The notes beneath the pieces were generated by a model that ran no database searches, was not told the DNA's origin, and was given only the letters and a program-made list of their open reading frames with translations. Source: Macrostomum hystrix (taxonomy: Eukaryota > Animalia > Platyhelminthes). From it: a DNA stretch of 64,000 nucleotides. Within the stretch, counting starts at the first letter, position 1. Each line of letters starts with the position of its first letter. Shown here piece by piece: positions 34,658-46,281 of this stretch. The stretch spans positions 434,001-498,000 of the forward strand of contig CATNEN010000041.1 in NCBI GenBank assembly GCA_950097015.1. The letters are read 5' to 3'. Made by a program: the position numbers and the translations under genes.

Positions 34658-35371
34658 TCTTTGATTGCGCGATATTGATCTGCTTAATAATCTGTCGCTG
34701 TTTGAATTGTCTTTTTCAAGTACTGCTCTGTTAATGTTATGTCGTTATTGTTATGTTATGTTATGTTATGTTATGTTAATGTTATGTTATGTGGTTATGT
34801 CGTGTTCCGATGTTTACGCATATTCTATTTTGAATAGTTGATTCAGAAGTTACTGACTGTCTTCCTGAGATGCTAAAACTGTTTGTACATGACGGAGAAC
34901 ACTGTCTTGTTCGATGCAGCTCAGCGTGGTATTTACGAGTAATTAAATGCGTCAAGATATTTTTAGAGCCAACATTTTTTACCCGAATCTTTGCTGTTTT
35001 TCAAGTAACGATTTTTTCCATTCAAAACCGAAAAGCGATATTGTCTGTGGTGTTTCTCAATTTAGATTTTTTAAAGTTGTGAGGTACTCATATATCAAAA
35101 ACGTATTACAAATCACGTTTTCTCTATTTGAAACGCAGTACAGTACTGGGATTATAGTACAACAAGCAAGTAGCGTAGCGCGCAACATTATACAAGCGAA
35201 GTACTGCAACGATTACATAATCTGAAAAACTAGTGATGCTTGAAGTAGAGCGTTGCGACCTTTTATTCTTGAATTTGTGTGCGCTAAAAAAGAAACAACA
35301 TGAATTTGCAAGCAACAAAATTCGCAACTTTACAAACAGATCCTAGCTTGTCTGGAAATAAAACTTTGTCC

Positions 35372-35552
35372 CAGCCAATCAGAGCTTTGTCATAAACACC
35401 CCATAGTTCATCGCAGCCAATCAGAGCTTTGTCATAAACACACCATAGTTCATCGCAGCCAATCAGAGCTTTGCCATAAACACCCCATAGTTTATCGCAG
35501 CCAATCAGAGCTTTGCAATAAATACACCATAGTTCATCGCAGCCAATCAGAG
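35372..35552. repeat. 42-bp tandem repeat with 5 CCAAT boxes
   Basis: CAGCCAATCAGAGC begins at 35372, 35414, 35456, 35498 and 35540. Confidence 0.93.
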
Positions 35553-37389
35553 CAGGCTGGCCTCAGGTGAGTACAGCACCAGCTCGGGGTTCCTGGGGCT
35601 GAAAGTGACGTATTTGGCTGCCGCGCGGCCCCGCCTCTCGCCGGCCCCCTCGCCGGCGTTCATCAACCGAGGCGGCGGCCGGCGCAGCGGGTTCTTCGGG
35701 GCAAACGGTAAGTACTTGGTGGGCACAACGCCCGGCCTAAAGTACTCATCGGCGTGAGGCTCCAGCTCAGCGCTGACTGAGCAGTCTGGCGGGAGGCTGG
35801 GCCGCTCGGGCGGCTCCCCCAGCGCCTGGATGGAGCCTTCCAGGCGACGCAGGTTGGCCTCCAGCCGGTGCTCGGCCTCGCTCCTGCGCAGCTCCGGCGG
35901 CGTCACCGGTTTCCAGCGGAGTCGCCGATGGTCGCCGTCGGCTTCGTCTGGCGAGGCGCCGTAATAGAAACTGGATGGCGGGCCGGCGAGGCGGTCCTGC
36001 TCGGGCAGCGGGACAACCCCGCGGGCAGCCCGATGCCTGCGCAGCTTGTTGGCGAAGTTCACGCCGGCGCAACAGCGGCAGCCGGGCTGCTGGGCGGGCT
36101 GCAGCAGGCGGCGGTTCAGCACCGAGTCTGCCAGGCTGCTGGCAGCGAGGTAGTGTGCCATCACCGAGCTCAGCTGGCCACCGCTGACACCTGATTGGAT
36201 CAGTTAACAGACAGTTGGTCACAGGTGAGCCAGCCAGTTGTGTGTTTGAGAGTTCTCAGATTCAATTCAGCTAGACTGGTCCAATCAACTCTGATATAAG
36301 CTCTTCTGGTACTACCCGTATCCCATCCGTTTCTCTAGAATGATCCCATCAGTTCACTGGAATGATCACATCAGTTCACTGGAATGATCACATCAGTTCA
36401 CTGGAATGATCTTATCAGTTCACTGGAATGATCCCATCAGTTCACTGGAATGATCACATCAGTTCACTGGAATGATCCCATCAGTTCACTGGAATGATCT
36501 TATTAGTTCACTGGAATGATCTTATCAGTTCACTGGAATGATCACATCAGTTCACTGGAATGATCCCATCAGTTCACTGGAATGATCTTATTAGTTCACT
36601 GGAATGATCTTATCAGTTCACTGGAATGATCCCATCAGTTCACTGGAATGATCCCATCAGTTCACTGGAATGATCTTATTAGTTCACTGGAATGATCCCA
36701 TCAGTTCACTGGAATGATCACATCAGTTCACTGGAATGATCCCATCAGTTCACTGGAATGATCACATCAGTTCACTGGAATGATCACATCAATTCACTGG
36801 AATGATCCCATCAGTTCACTGGAATGATCACATCAGTTCACTGGAATGATCTTATTAGTTCACTGGAATGATCCCATCAGTTCACTGGAATGATCACATC
36901 AGTTCACTGGAATGATCACATCAGTTCACTGGAATGATCCCATCAGTTCACTGGAATGATCCCATCAGTTCACTGGAATGATCTTATTAGTTCACTGGAA
37001 TGATCCCATAAATTCTAGCGGATTCGAACCCAGGATGATTGTCAAGAAAGCGCACAAAATAAGAGATCGAACCACGAACCTTCTGCAGGATTAGCAGCGG
37101 CCACCGCCCGCCGGTGCATGGCGTCGCGAATCCGGTGATCGGGCGGACTTCGGATGCGGCGGCGCACCGCGGCCAGAATGTCGTCCGAGTCGAAGCGCCC
37201 GACTGTGGCCCGCGGCTGCTCATTTGACATTGGCGCGACCGTCGGCTCCTGTTGAAAAGGCCGGGTGTGCCACTGGTAGCGGATCGGGTCCCGGTCAGCA
37301 TTGGGTGTCTCCGCCCGGTTCTGCAGGCCACGCATCAGGCGGGGCAGCGTCAGGATGTCAGCGGCTCCGCCTCGTTGACCTTGAGACAT
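35547..37389 (-). CDS. Unknown two-exon protein (about 317 aa)
   Basis: Exon 37389-37080 (ATG TCT CAA...GAA G|GTTCGT) joins exon 36190-35547 (CCAATCAG|GT GTC AGC) in phase 1, linking two track ORFs in frame across a repeat-filled intron. GC-rich and codon-like. No family recognised. Confidence 0.65.
36345..37009. repeat. 22-bp minisatellite (about 30 copies) in the intron of the unknown gene
   Basis: Unit ATCAGTTCACTGGAATGATC(CC/AC/TT). Confidence 0.97.
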
Positions 37390-37865
37390 TGTTCTGCGTG
37401 GCCTAGCAAAGTCCCAGCACAGCCAGAGAAGCGTTTGCTGAGTCCCTACTCAGACTCTTATTTACTGTGCAGTTCGCTGCGAGGGTCACCAAGGACAACC
37501 CGAGGACTAGCAGAGGCTCATTGTGTGCCACAGAAAGCCTCCACTCTGTGCGCATTTCATTCTGCCATTTTCCCTCACAGTTCTCACCTGCGTGCGAGCA
37601 AAGCCTTTCTTTTCTCTGTGCGGGCAGCAATTGTTGCTCAGTGGCGCCTGCGTGAGTATCTGATTCTCCCCAGCCCTGTGCTGCCGTCCTAACCAGCTCT
37701 ACCCGCTCGCATCTACTAGGCTTTTGTCATTCGCTGTGCTCAACTCACAACTCACCCTGCTCCGCCTATGCTCCGCTCTCCACTACAGCACTAGCAGGTT
37801 TTCAATTTCTGTCTGCCCCTCTCACCGACTCTGTTTCTGTCTATCGCTGCATTTTATCTTCTGCC

Positions 37866-38693
37866 TCTGTCTCTGTCTGTATCTGTCTCTGTCTGTATCT
37901 GTCTCTGTCTGTATCTGTCTCTGTCTGTATCTGTCTCTGTCTGTATCTGTCTCTGTCTGTATCTGTCTCTGTCTGTATCTGTCTCTGTCTGTATCTGTCT
38001 CTGTCTGTATCTGTCTCTGTCTGTATCTGTCTCTGTCTGTATCTGTCTCTGTCTGTATCTGTCTCTGTCTGTATCTGTCTCTGTCTGTATCTGTCTCTGT
38101 CTGTATCTGTCTCTGTCTGTATCTGTCTCTGTCTGTATCTGTCTCTGTCTGTATCTGTCACTGTCTGTATCTGTCTGTATCTGTCTCTGTCTGTATCTGC
38201 TGTATCTGTCCGTATCTGTCTGTATCTGTCTCTGAATCTGCCTTTATCTGTCTGTATCTGTCTGTATCTGTCTCTGAATCTGCCTTTATCTGTCTGTATC
38301 TGTCTCTGTCTGTATCTCTCTTTGTATCTGTCTCTGTATCTGTCTGTATCTGTCTGTATCTGTCTGTATCTGTTGTATCTGTCCGTATCTGTCTGTATCT
38401 GTCTCTGAATCTGCCTGTATCTGTATGTATCTGTCTTTATCTGTCTTTATCTGTCTGTATCTGTCTCTGAATCTGTCTCTGTCTGACTCTGTCTGTCTGA
38501 CTCTGTCTGTCTGACTCTGTCTGTTTCTCGCTGCAATTCTCGCTGTTTCTCGCTGCGATTCTTGCTGTGTTTCTTGCTGCGATTCTTGCTGCGATTCTCA
38601 CTGTGTTTCTTGCTGCGATTCTAGCTGCGATTCTTGCTGCGATTCTCGCTGTGTTTCTCACTGTGTTTCTCGCTGCGTTTCTTGCTGTGTTTC
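37866..38693. repeat. Compound simple repeat: 16-bp GTATCTGTCTCTGTCT array decaying into TCTG/TATC, then 12-bp TCTTGCTGCGAT-type units
   Basis: Directly visible periodicity. Confidence 0.95.
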
Positions 38694-39671
38694 TGCACTA
38701 GAATCCCTAGAATGAACAATGAAGGTCAGCCCAGCGGTGAGCGCGGGACAAACCCGGTGATTCGTACAGCGGGGTAAGAGTCAAGGCCACGCCAGATGAA
38801 TCGGTAAAAGTTGAACTGGGATAACAAAGGAAGAGGCCTAGAACAATGCCTTGTTCTCAGCTGAAATTTTTCTTTCGTGACTTTGCGGACTAAACCGGTA
38901 AGCTGGATAAGACCGGGCAGTTGTCCTTCGCTTGCAGAAGGTTGCTTGAAGGCCTCGAAAATGTTTAAAGAGCTGAAGCAAAATGAAGTGAGAACTGTCT
39001 GAGTCAGTTTGAGTTCTCGGGCTGGCGTTGGGCACAATAGTCCCTGAGCTCGGAGAATCGCGACCGACATGTGAAGGGAAAGCGCCCGGCCCCATTACTC
39101 GCATTGTTACCAACAGCAGCAAAGCAGAGTTGAGCGCAAGCAATTTCTTTCTGGCTAAGAAGTAAAACAATGCTTGCTGCTGAGCCGTTGTCAAAGCGAA
39201 CCGATTGTCTACAGAGCGGGCCGTTAGTAACCTGGCGCTACCCACCCCGGCCGCCCTGCCCGCCTCTATTATTCCCGCTGGTCTTGCCGGTCCTCTTCGC
39301 TTCCTCAGTTCCGGGGCCGCCATCGGCAGAAGCGACTGCCGAGCGCATCCCGGATGCCCCCGCCCGTCAATCGATCCGGTGGAGGAGGAGGAGACACGGC
39401 CGCCCTTCCTGCATCCCGGCTGCTCCTCGGCTGCTATTGTGTTTCGGCTGCCAGACAAGACAGAGAGGGGGAGGAGAGGCGGGGAAACAAGCGCGCTGAA
39501 GCAGCTGCTGGGCCACTCACAGCTTTGTCTTGGCTGCCTCAGCTCTCACCCTCCAACCCGCGCAGGGCAGAGCTGAGCCCTCAAAACCAGAGAGCTCAGC
39601 CGCCACACTCGATTCCGTTTTCCAGCCAATAATTCTTCCAGAAGCGGCGGAGTCCAGATTGCTGCATCGCA

Positions 39672-42600
39672 ATGCCCCCTCTGCTTTTGGCGGCTGTTCT
39701 CGTCACGCTGATGGCGCTGCCAGGCGGGCCCGAAGCTGCGACAACCAGCGCGGGGTCGACTGACACCACCACGTCGCTGACGACCACCGCGCTGCCCGGG
39801 ACTCGAATCCGCTGCTACGTGTGCGACCCGTGCAGCCTGGGCGGTGGCGTCAGTCAGGCCAACGCCATGAACGAAACTGTCTGCGAGCAGTGCGGGTGAG
39901 CCTCCGGTTCGGGGATGTGGCAGATCAGGGAGTGGATGGGATGTGGCAGATGGTGGGATCTGGCAGATGGTGGGATGTGGCAGATGGTGGGATGTGGCAG
40001 ATGGTGGGATGTGGCAGATGGTGGGATGTGGCAGATGGTGGGATGTGGCAGATGGTGGGATGTGGCAGATGGAGGGATGTGGCAGATTAGGGAGAGGGTG
40101 GGATGTGGCAGATTAGGGAGAAGGGGGCTGTGGCAGATTAGGGAGAGGGTGGGATGTGGCAGATTAGGGAGAGGGTGGGATGTGGCAGATTAGGGAGATG
40201 GTAGAATGTGGCAGATTAGGGAGAGGGGGGATGTGGCAGATTAGGGAGAGGGGGGCTGTGGCAGATTAGGGAGAGGGGGGCTGTGGCAGATTAGGGAGAA
40301 GGGGGCTGTGGCAGATTAGGGAGAAGGGGGCTGTGGCAGATTAGGGAGAGGGTGGGATGTGGCAGATTAGGGAGAGGGTGGGATGTGGCAGATTAGGGAG
40401 AGGGTGGGATGTGGCAGATTAGGGAGATGGTAGAATGTGGCAGATTAGGGAGAGGGGGGATGTGGCAGATTAGGGAGAGGGTGGGATGTGGCAGATTAGG
40501 GAGAGGGTGGGATGTGGCAGATTAGGGAGAGGGTGGGATGTGGCAGATTAGGGAGAGGGTGGGATGTGGCAGATTAGGGAGAGGGTGGGATGTGGCAGAT
40601 TAGGGAGATGTTGGAATGTGGCAGATTAGGGAGATGGTGGAATGTAGCAGATTAGGGAGATGGTGGAATGTAGCAGATTAGGGAGAGGGTGGAATGTGGC
40701 AGATTAGGGAGAGGGGGGCTGTGGCAGATTAGGGAGAGGGGGGCTGTGGCAGATTAGGGAGAGGGGGCTGTGGCAGATTAGGGAGAGGGGGGCTGTGGCA
40801 GATTAGGGAGAGGGGGGCTGTGGCAGATTAGGGAGAGGGGGCTGTGGCAGATTAGGGAGAGGGTGGCTGTGGCAGATTAGGGAGTGGGTGGAATGTGGCA
40901 GATTTGGGAGATTCGGGTGAAGACGGGATTTGGGAGATTCGGAACCGGATTACGATCTGGGAGACTGGGGACAATCGAAGTAATGGGGCGTATGGGGTAG
41001 AAGGCGCAGGCTGGTAGGGAATGAGGGAATGGACAGTTAAGGGACTGGGCAGACGGTCCCGAAGACTCATTGCATCCTGGGGCGAGTGCAGCTGTGGGTA
41101 CTCAGACTCACCGAGTCACACAGGGCGCATGAATGCAGGTTCACCTGGCGTTGATGCAATTTAAAAGTTGCCGGATCCCTCATCCTCAGCCGGTCCGGCT
41201 GTTTACCCACCTGGCGCTTGAGTCGCTGTTTGTTCTTAACCGCTGCCATTGGGCTGGAGTACGGACTGGGCTGAGCTGCACTGGGCCGCCAGCAATAGCA
41301 GACACGGACTGCTCACCCAGACCTTTTTGATGCTCAGGGAAGGAAATGATTGAAATGATGGGAACAACTTGAGAATAGAGAAAAGAAATAGAAAATTACG
41401 AAACTTTGGCATCCCAATTGTACTCGTAGAAAGAGAAATGGCTGGGAAGCAGAGTGGCGTCGGGAGCAGTAATTGAAGTGAGAGAAGTGCAAAATGAAAA
41501 AGGAAGGCAGAGGGTGAGTGAGGGTAAGCAGACGAGGAGGAGAGGAGGTAGAGGATGAAATTTGGAGAGGAGAGGAACAGCTAAGAAGGAGAGTAGGAGG
41601 GGAAGGAGGAGGGGAAGGAGGAGAGGAGAGGAGATGAGGGGATAAAGAGGAGTGGAGGAGAAGATGGGAAGAGGTGAGGAGGAGAGGAGGAGAGGAGGAG
41701 AGAAGAGGAGGAGGGAAGGAGAGAAGAGGAGGAGAGGAGGAGAGAAGAGGAGGAGAGGAGGAGAGAAGAGGAGGAGAGAAGAGGAGGAGAGGAGGAGAGG
41801 AGGAGAGAAGAGGGGGAGGGGAGGAGAGGAGGAGAGAAGAAGGAATGGTTGAGGCAGAGATGAAAGTACAGCAGACGGATACAGATGAAACAGTGAGAAT
41901 ACTTCAAATGAATATTGTCTTCAGATCGAGAAGCATAAATTGCGTGGAAAAAATAAAACTTGAGAAATTTAGGAGTTCTATCCACAAAACACGGCCCTGT
42001 CAACGGCAGGCTGATAGAAAGCCATGGCTGCACGACTCGCCAAAATCTGCATTGTTTCACCTCCGCTCCGAAGCTTCCCTGAGGGCTGATGGGCCGGACA
42101 GACAAGGAAAGGAAAACCGGGTTGGCAGGGCGCGCGGGGCGCTAGTGGCTGCAGCAGCCGGGCTCCCGGAAATTGGCAACGCGTAGTGGAGAAACTCTGG
42201 CCCTTTTTTCAAGAAAGGCTGGGAGCAGGAGCCCGGCTGTCTGGCTGCGATCCGATGTGGGCCTGGCGCCAGACGGAACTAGTTTTCCGCCTAAACTAAA
42301 GACTCCTTGCAATCTGACCTCATGAACTGGATTGATGATGCAATCTGACCTCATGAACTGGATTGATGATGCAATCTGACCTCATGAACTGGATTGATGA
42401 TGCAATCTGACCTCATAAACTGGATTGATGATGCAATCAAGCCTTATGAACTGGATTGATGATGCAATCTGACCTCATGAACTGGATTGATGATGCAATC
42501 TGACCTCATGAACTGGATTGATGATGCAATCAAGCCTTATGAACTGGATTGATGATGCAATCTGACCTCATGAACTGGATTGATGATGCAATCTGACCTC

Positions 42601-44000
42601 ATGAACTGGATTGATGATGCAATCTGACCTCATAAACTGGATTGATGATGCAATCTGACCTCATGAACTGGATTGATGATGCAATCTGACCTCATGAACT
42701 GGATTGATGATGCAATCTGACCTCATAAACTGGATTGATGATGCAATCAAGCCTTATGAACTGGATTGATGATGCAATCTGACCTCATGAACTGGATTGA
42801 TGATGCAATCTGACCTCATGAACTGGATTGATGATGCAATCTGACCTCATGAACTGGATTGATGATGCAATCTGACCTCATGAACTGGATTGATGATGCA
42901 ATCTGACCTCATGAACTGGATTGATGATGCAATCTGACCTCATGAACTGGATTGATGATGCAATGAAACCTCATGAACTGGATTGATGATGCAATCTGAC
43001 CTCATGAACTGGATTGATGATGCAATCTGACCTCATGAACTGGATTGATGATGCAATGAAACCTCATGAACTGGATTGATGATGCAATCTGACCTCATGA
43101 ACTGGATTGATGATGCAATCTGACCTCATGAACTGGATTGATGATGCAATCTGACCTCATGAACTGGATTGATGATGCAATCTGACCTCATGAACTGGAT
43201 TGATGATGCAATCTGACCTCATGAACTGGATTGATGATGCAATCTGACAACCTCATGAACTGGATTGATGATGCAATCTAACAACCTCATGAACTGGATT
43301 GATGATGCAATCAAGCCTCATGAACTGGATTGATGATGCAATCTAACAACCTCATGAACTGGATTGATGATGCAATCTAACAACCTCATGAACTGGATTG
43401 ATGATGCAATCAAGCCTCATGAACTGGATTGATGATGCAATCAAGCCTCATGAACTGGATTGATGATGCAATCAAGCCTCATGAACTGGATTTATGATGC
43501 AATCTGACCTCATAAACTGGATTGATGATGCAATCAAGCCTCATAAACTGGATTGATGATGCAATCAAGCCTCATAAACTGGATTTATGATGCAATCAAG
43601 CCTCATAAACTGGATTTATGATGCAATCAAGCCTCATAAACTGGATTTATGATGCAATCAAGCCTCATAAACTGGATTGATGATGCAATCAAGCCTCATA
43701 AACTGAATTTTTGATCCAATATAAAAACTCATGAGATTGATATCATACTAAAAGCCTCTCATTTCCCCACTGCTCAGCAAGTCGGTCGTTGGCTACCTGG
43801 GCACGGTGACCCGCATCAGCCGGCAATGTTTCCGACGCGAGGACAGCGCCCGCTCCCAGTGTGTGCAGTCCTCCAACACGGACTCGATGCAGGTCTGCTG
43901 CTCCAATGGCAACTACTGCAACCCGGCTGACAGGGCTCAGGTGGCGCCGCTGCTGATGCCGTTTGGAATGCTGCTGCTGTTGCTGGGCAAGAATTGCTGA
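39672..44000 (+). CDS. GPI-anchored Ly6/uPAR (three-finger, LU-domain) protein, 148 aa, 2 exons
   Basis: Exon 39672-39895 (TGC GG|GTGAGC) joins exon 43778-44000 (CTCAG|C AAG). The product has a signal peptide, a Thr-rich spacer, CYVCDPC...CEQCG|K...C...C...CCSNGNYCN (10 Cys) and a hydrophobic GPI-type tail. Confidence 0.85.
39912..40910. repeat. G-rich minisatellite; 17-bp unit changing into a 25-26-bp TTAGGG-containing unit
   Basis: GATGTGGCAGATGGTGG, then GATGTGGCAGATTAGGGAGAGGGTGG. Confidence 0.95.
41560..41845. repeat. Polypurine (GAG/GA) tract
   Basis: Nearly pure A/G with an imperfect AGAAGAGGAGGAGAGGAGGAG unit. Confidence 0.9.
42307..43706. repeat. 31-bp minisatellite (about 45 copies)
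   Basis: Unit TGCAATCTGACCTCATGAACTGGATTGATGA with CAAGCC and AACAACC variants. Confidence 0.98.
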
Positions 44001-45250
44001 ACACTGAATATCTGCACCTGAACCTCAATTAGCCAGTAGCGGCTGGTTAAGACTAGAAAGAGCGAAATGCTAGTAAAAGTGTCCTTATTTGTTATTTTAT
44101 ACACAGGTCGCTGCTCTCGGAGATTTTCCTGATCGATTGAAACATTACATGTACGTTGTTACTAATCGACTCTGTCCATCTATCAATCAGTATAATTATT
44201 CAGTTAACGCACTAAAGATTCAACGAATTATACTCGTATGGAAGCCTGTTCCGTTTGTGCCCAACCTGTGTACACAATACCTTTACATTATCAAACAGGT
44301 AAACTTTTTAAATATCTGAAGCGTGTTGCTAAAAATAGAAACCAGGATCATGCATACGCTCGGACATTAGTTACGCACGTATTTAGCTAGGCGAGCTAGA
44401 AATATAAACTTACAATAGTGACAGCACCACAGGAAGCTAAAAATAACTCGCTAAATGAGCCAGCCAATCATTGCCTTCCCTTTTATCAGCGGGACACACC
44501 AGCGTCCAAAGCACTCAAATATATACTGTGCAGCCCAAACAGCAACAAATATTTTCAACCCAAAAACAATTATATTGTTTTAGTTTCTTCAACAATGAAG
44601 CAACTCAGATCAGGCTCGCAGTGCGCGCTCTGACAAATTCTCTGACTTAAAGCTTTTATCAACAAAAGTAAGTAACGTTTTAAACGACATGTCAAACATA
44701 AAGCGAAATTCTCTTGTTACTTGAAGCGCAATCACGCATGAGTATGCCGGCTCTTATTGCTCAGGAAACCAAAGTAGGTAACAATGAAATCTAAAACAGC
44801 CAGCAAGCAAAAGTCTGCCTAGAAGACAAAAAACGGATGCAAGAGCAGCGCTTGCTACTGTTGAAAGTAGCTCAGCTCAATACCGCAGACGTGCTTCCTG
44901 TTCTAGTAAAATCGATTGATTGACAAGTGTCAGAAAGTGAAGAATCAATCAGATACCCACAGTTGGGTACCTCTGCCTACGCTTAACCAGAGCCTTAACC
45001 AGAACCTAGTAGGATTAGGTAGACTGGATTAGCGCGAGCTCGATTAGTTAAGTGGGGCTAACATAACCGGACTAACCAGGTCTAGATTAGCCCAACAGGA
45101 TTAATAGAGTTAAATTTGCCAATCAGAATTAGCCTGCCGGATTAACAAACTAGATCTGCCCAGTCGAATTAACCTAGCATTGAAAAACTAGCATGGCAAG
45201 TGCAAACAAGCCCAAAAAGGAAAGACGAAGCAAATACAGGCTACCGCTCA

Positions 45251-45880
45251 GGTAGCACAGGTACCGCACAGGTAGCACAGGTACCGCACAGGTACCGCAC
45301 AGGTAGCACAGGTATACCGCACAGGTAGCACAGGTACCGCACAGGTAGCACAGGTACCGCACAGGTAGCACAGGTATACCGCACAAGTAGCACAGGTATA
45401 CCGCACAGGTAGCACAGGTAGCACAGGTATACCGCACAGGTAGCACAGGTACCGCACAGGTAGCACAGGTACCGCACAAGTAGCACAGGTATACCGCACA
45501 GGTAGCACAGGTACCGCACAGGTAGCACTGGTACCGCACAGGTAGCACAGGTACCGCACAGGTAGCACAGGTACCGCACAGGTAGCACAGGTACCGCACA
45601 GGTAGCACAGGTACCGCACAGGTAGCACAGGTATACCGCACAGGTAGCACAGGTACCGCACAGGTAGCACAGGTACCGCACAGGTAGCACAGGTACCGCA
45701 CAGGTAGCACAGGTACCGCACAGGTAGCACAGGTACCGCACAGGTAGCACAGGTATACCGCACAGGTAGCACAGGTACCGCACAGGTAGCACTGGTACCG
45801 CACAGGTAGCACAGGTACCGCACAGGTAGCACAGGTACCGCACAGGTAGCACAGGTACCGCACAGGTAGCACAGGTACCG
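45251..45880. repeat. 20-bp minisatellite made of 9/11/13-nt subunits
   Basis: GTAGCACAG + GTACCGCACAG (or GTATACCGCACAG). Confidence 0.97.
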
Positions 45881-46281
45881 CAAAAGCATGCGGCAATTGA
45901 GTACTTCAGTCAAGATGCAATCCGCAATTAAAAAAGCAGCTAGCAGGAGATCATGTAGCATGGAATTCTAAATTGAGGCAAAACAATGCGGTGATACTGT
46001 TCAGAAAATCAAGAGAACATGACAGTAAATCTGCAATAATTTAACAGTAAACAACTGCAATCAGGTTACTGGCCAAAATAATTCCATGTGGAGACAACAG
46101 CAAAGCAATATACTGCATTGGACATTGTCTAGCAAGCAAATTCAATCGCAATTCTCATATGAACTGACGAATTGAATTGAAATCAAGGCATAAATCAGAG
46201 GCGGCAATGCAAGGTTAAGCACAGAAAGAATTGTCACTGCAATTGAATAAAACTATGGCGACTTTGACCTGTCAGTTGCCG

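Noticed and set aside
37020-37030. Isolated B box GGTTCGAATCC (minus strand) as a tRNA gene
   Set aside because: No A box or cloverleaf at the right spacing.
33424-42186. ORFs at 33424-33764, 37724-38470, 39915-40193 and 41652-42186
   Set aside because: They derive from micro/minisatellites or the purine tract.
45174-45961. Cys-rich metallothionein-like ORFs (CATCAVPVLPVRYLCYLCGT), one with a signal-peptide-like start
   Set aside because: All three minus-strand frames give the same repeat peptide with indel-driven shifts, so this is a repeat artefact.
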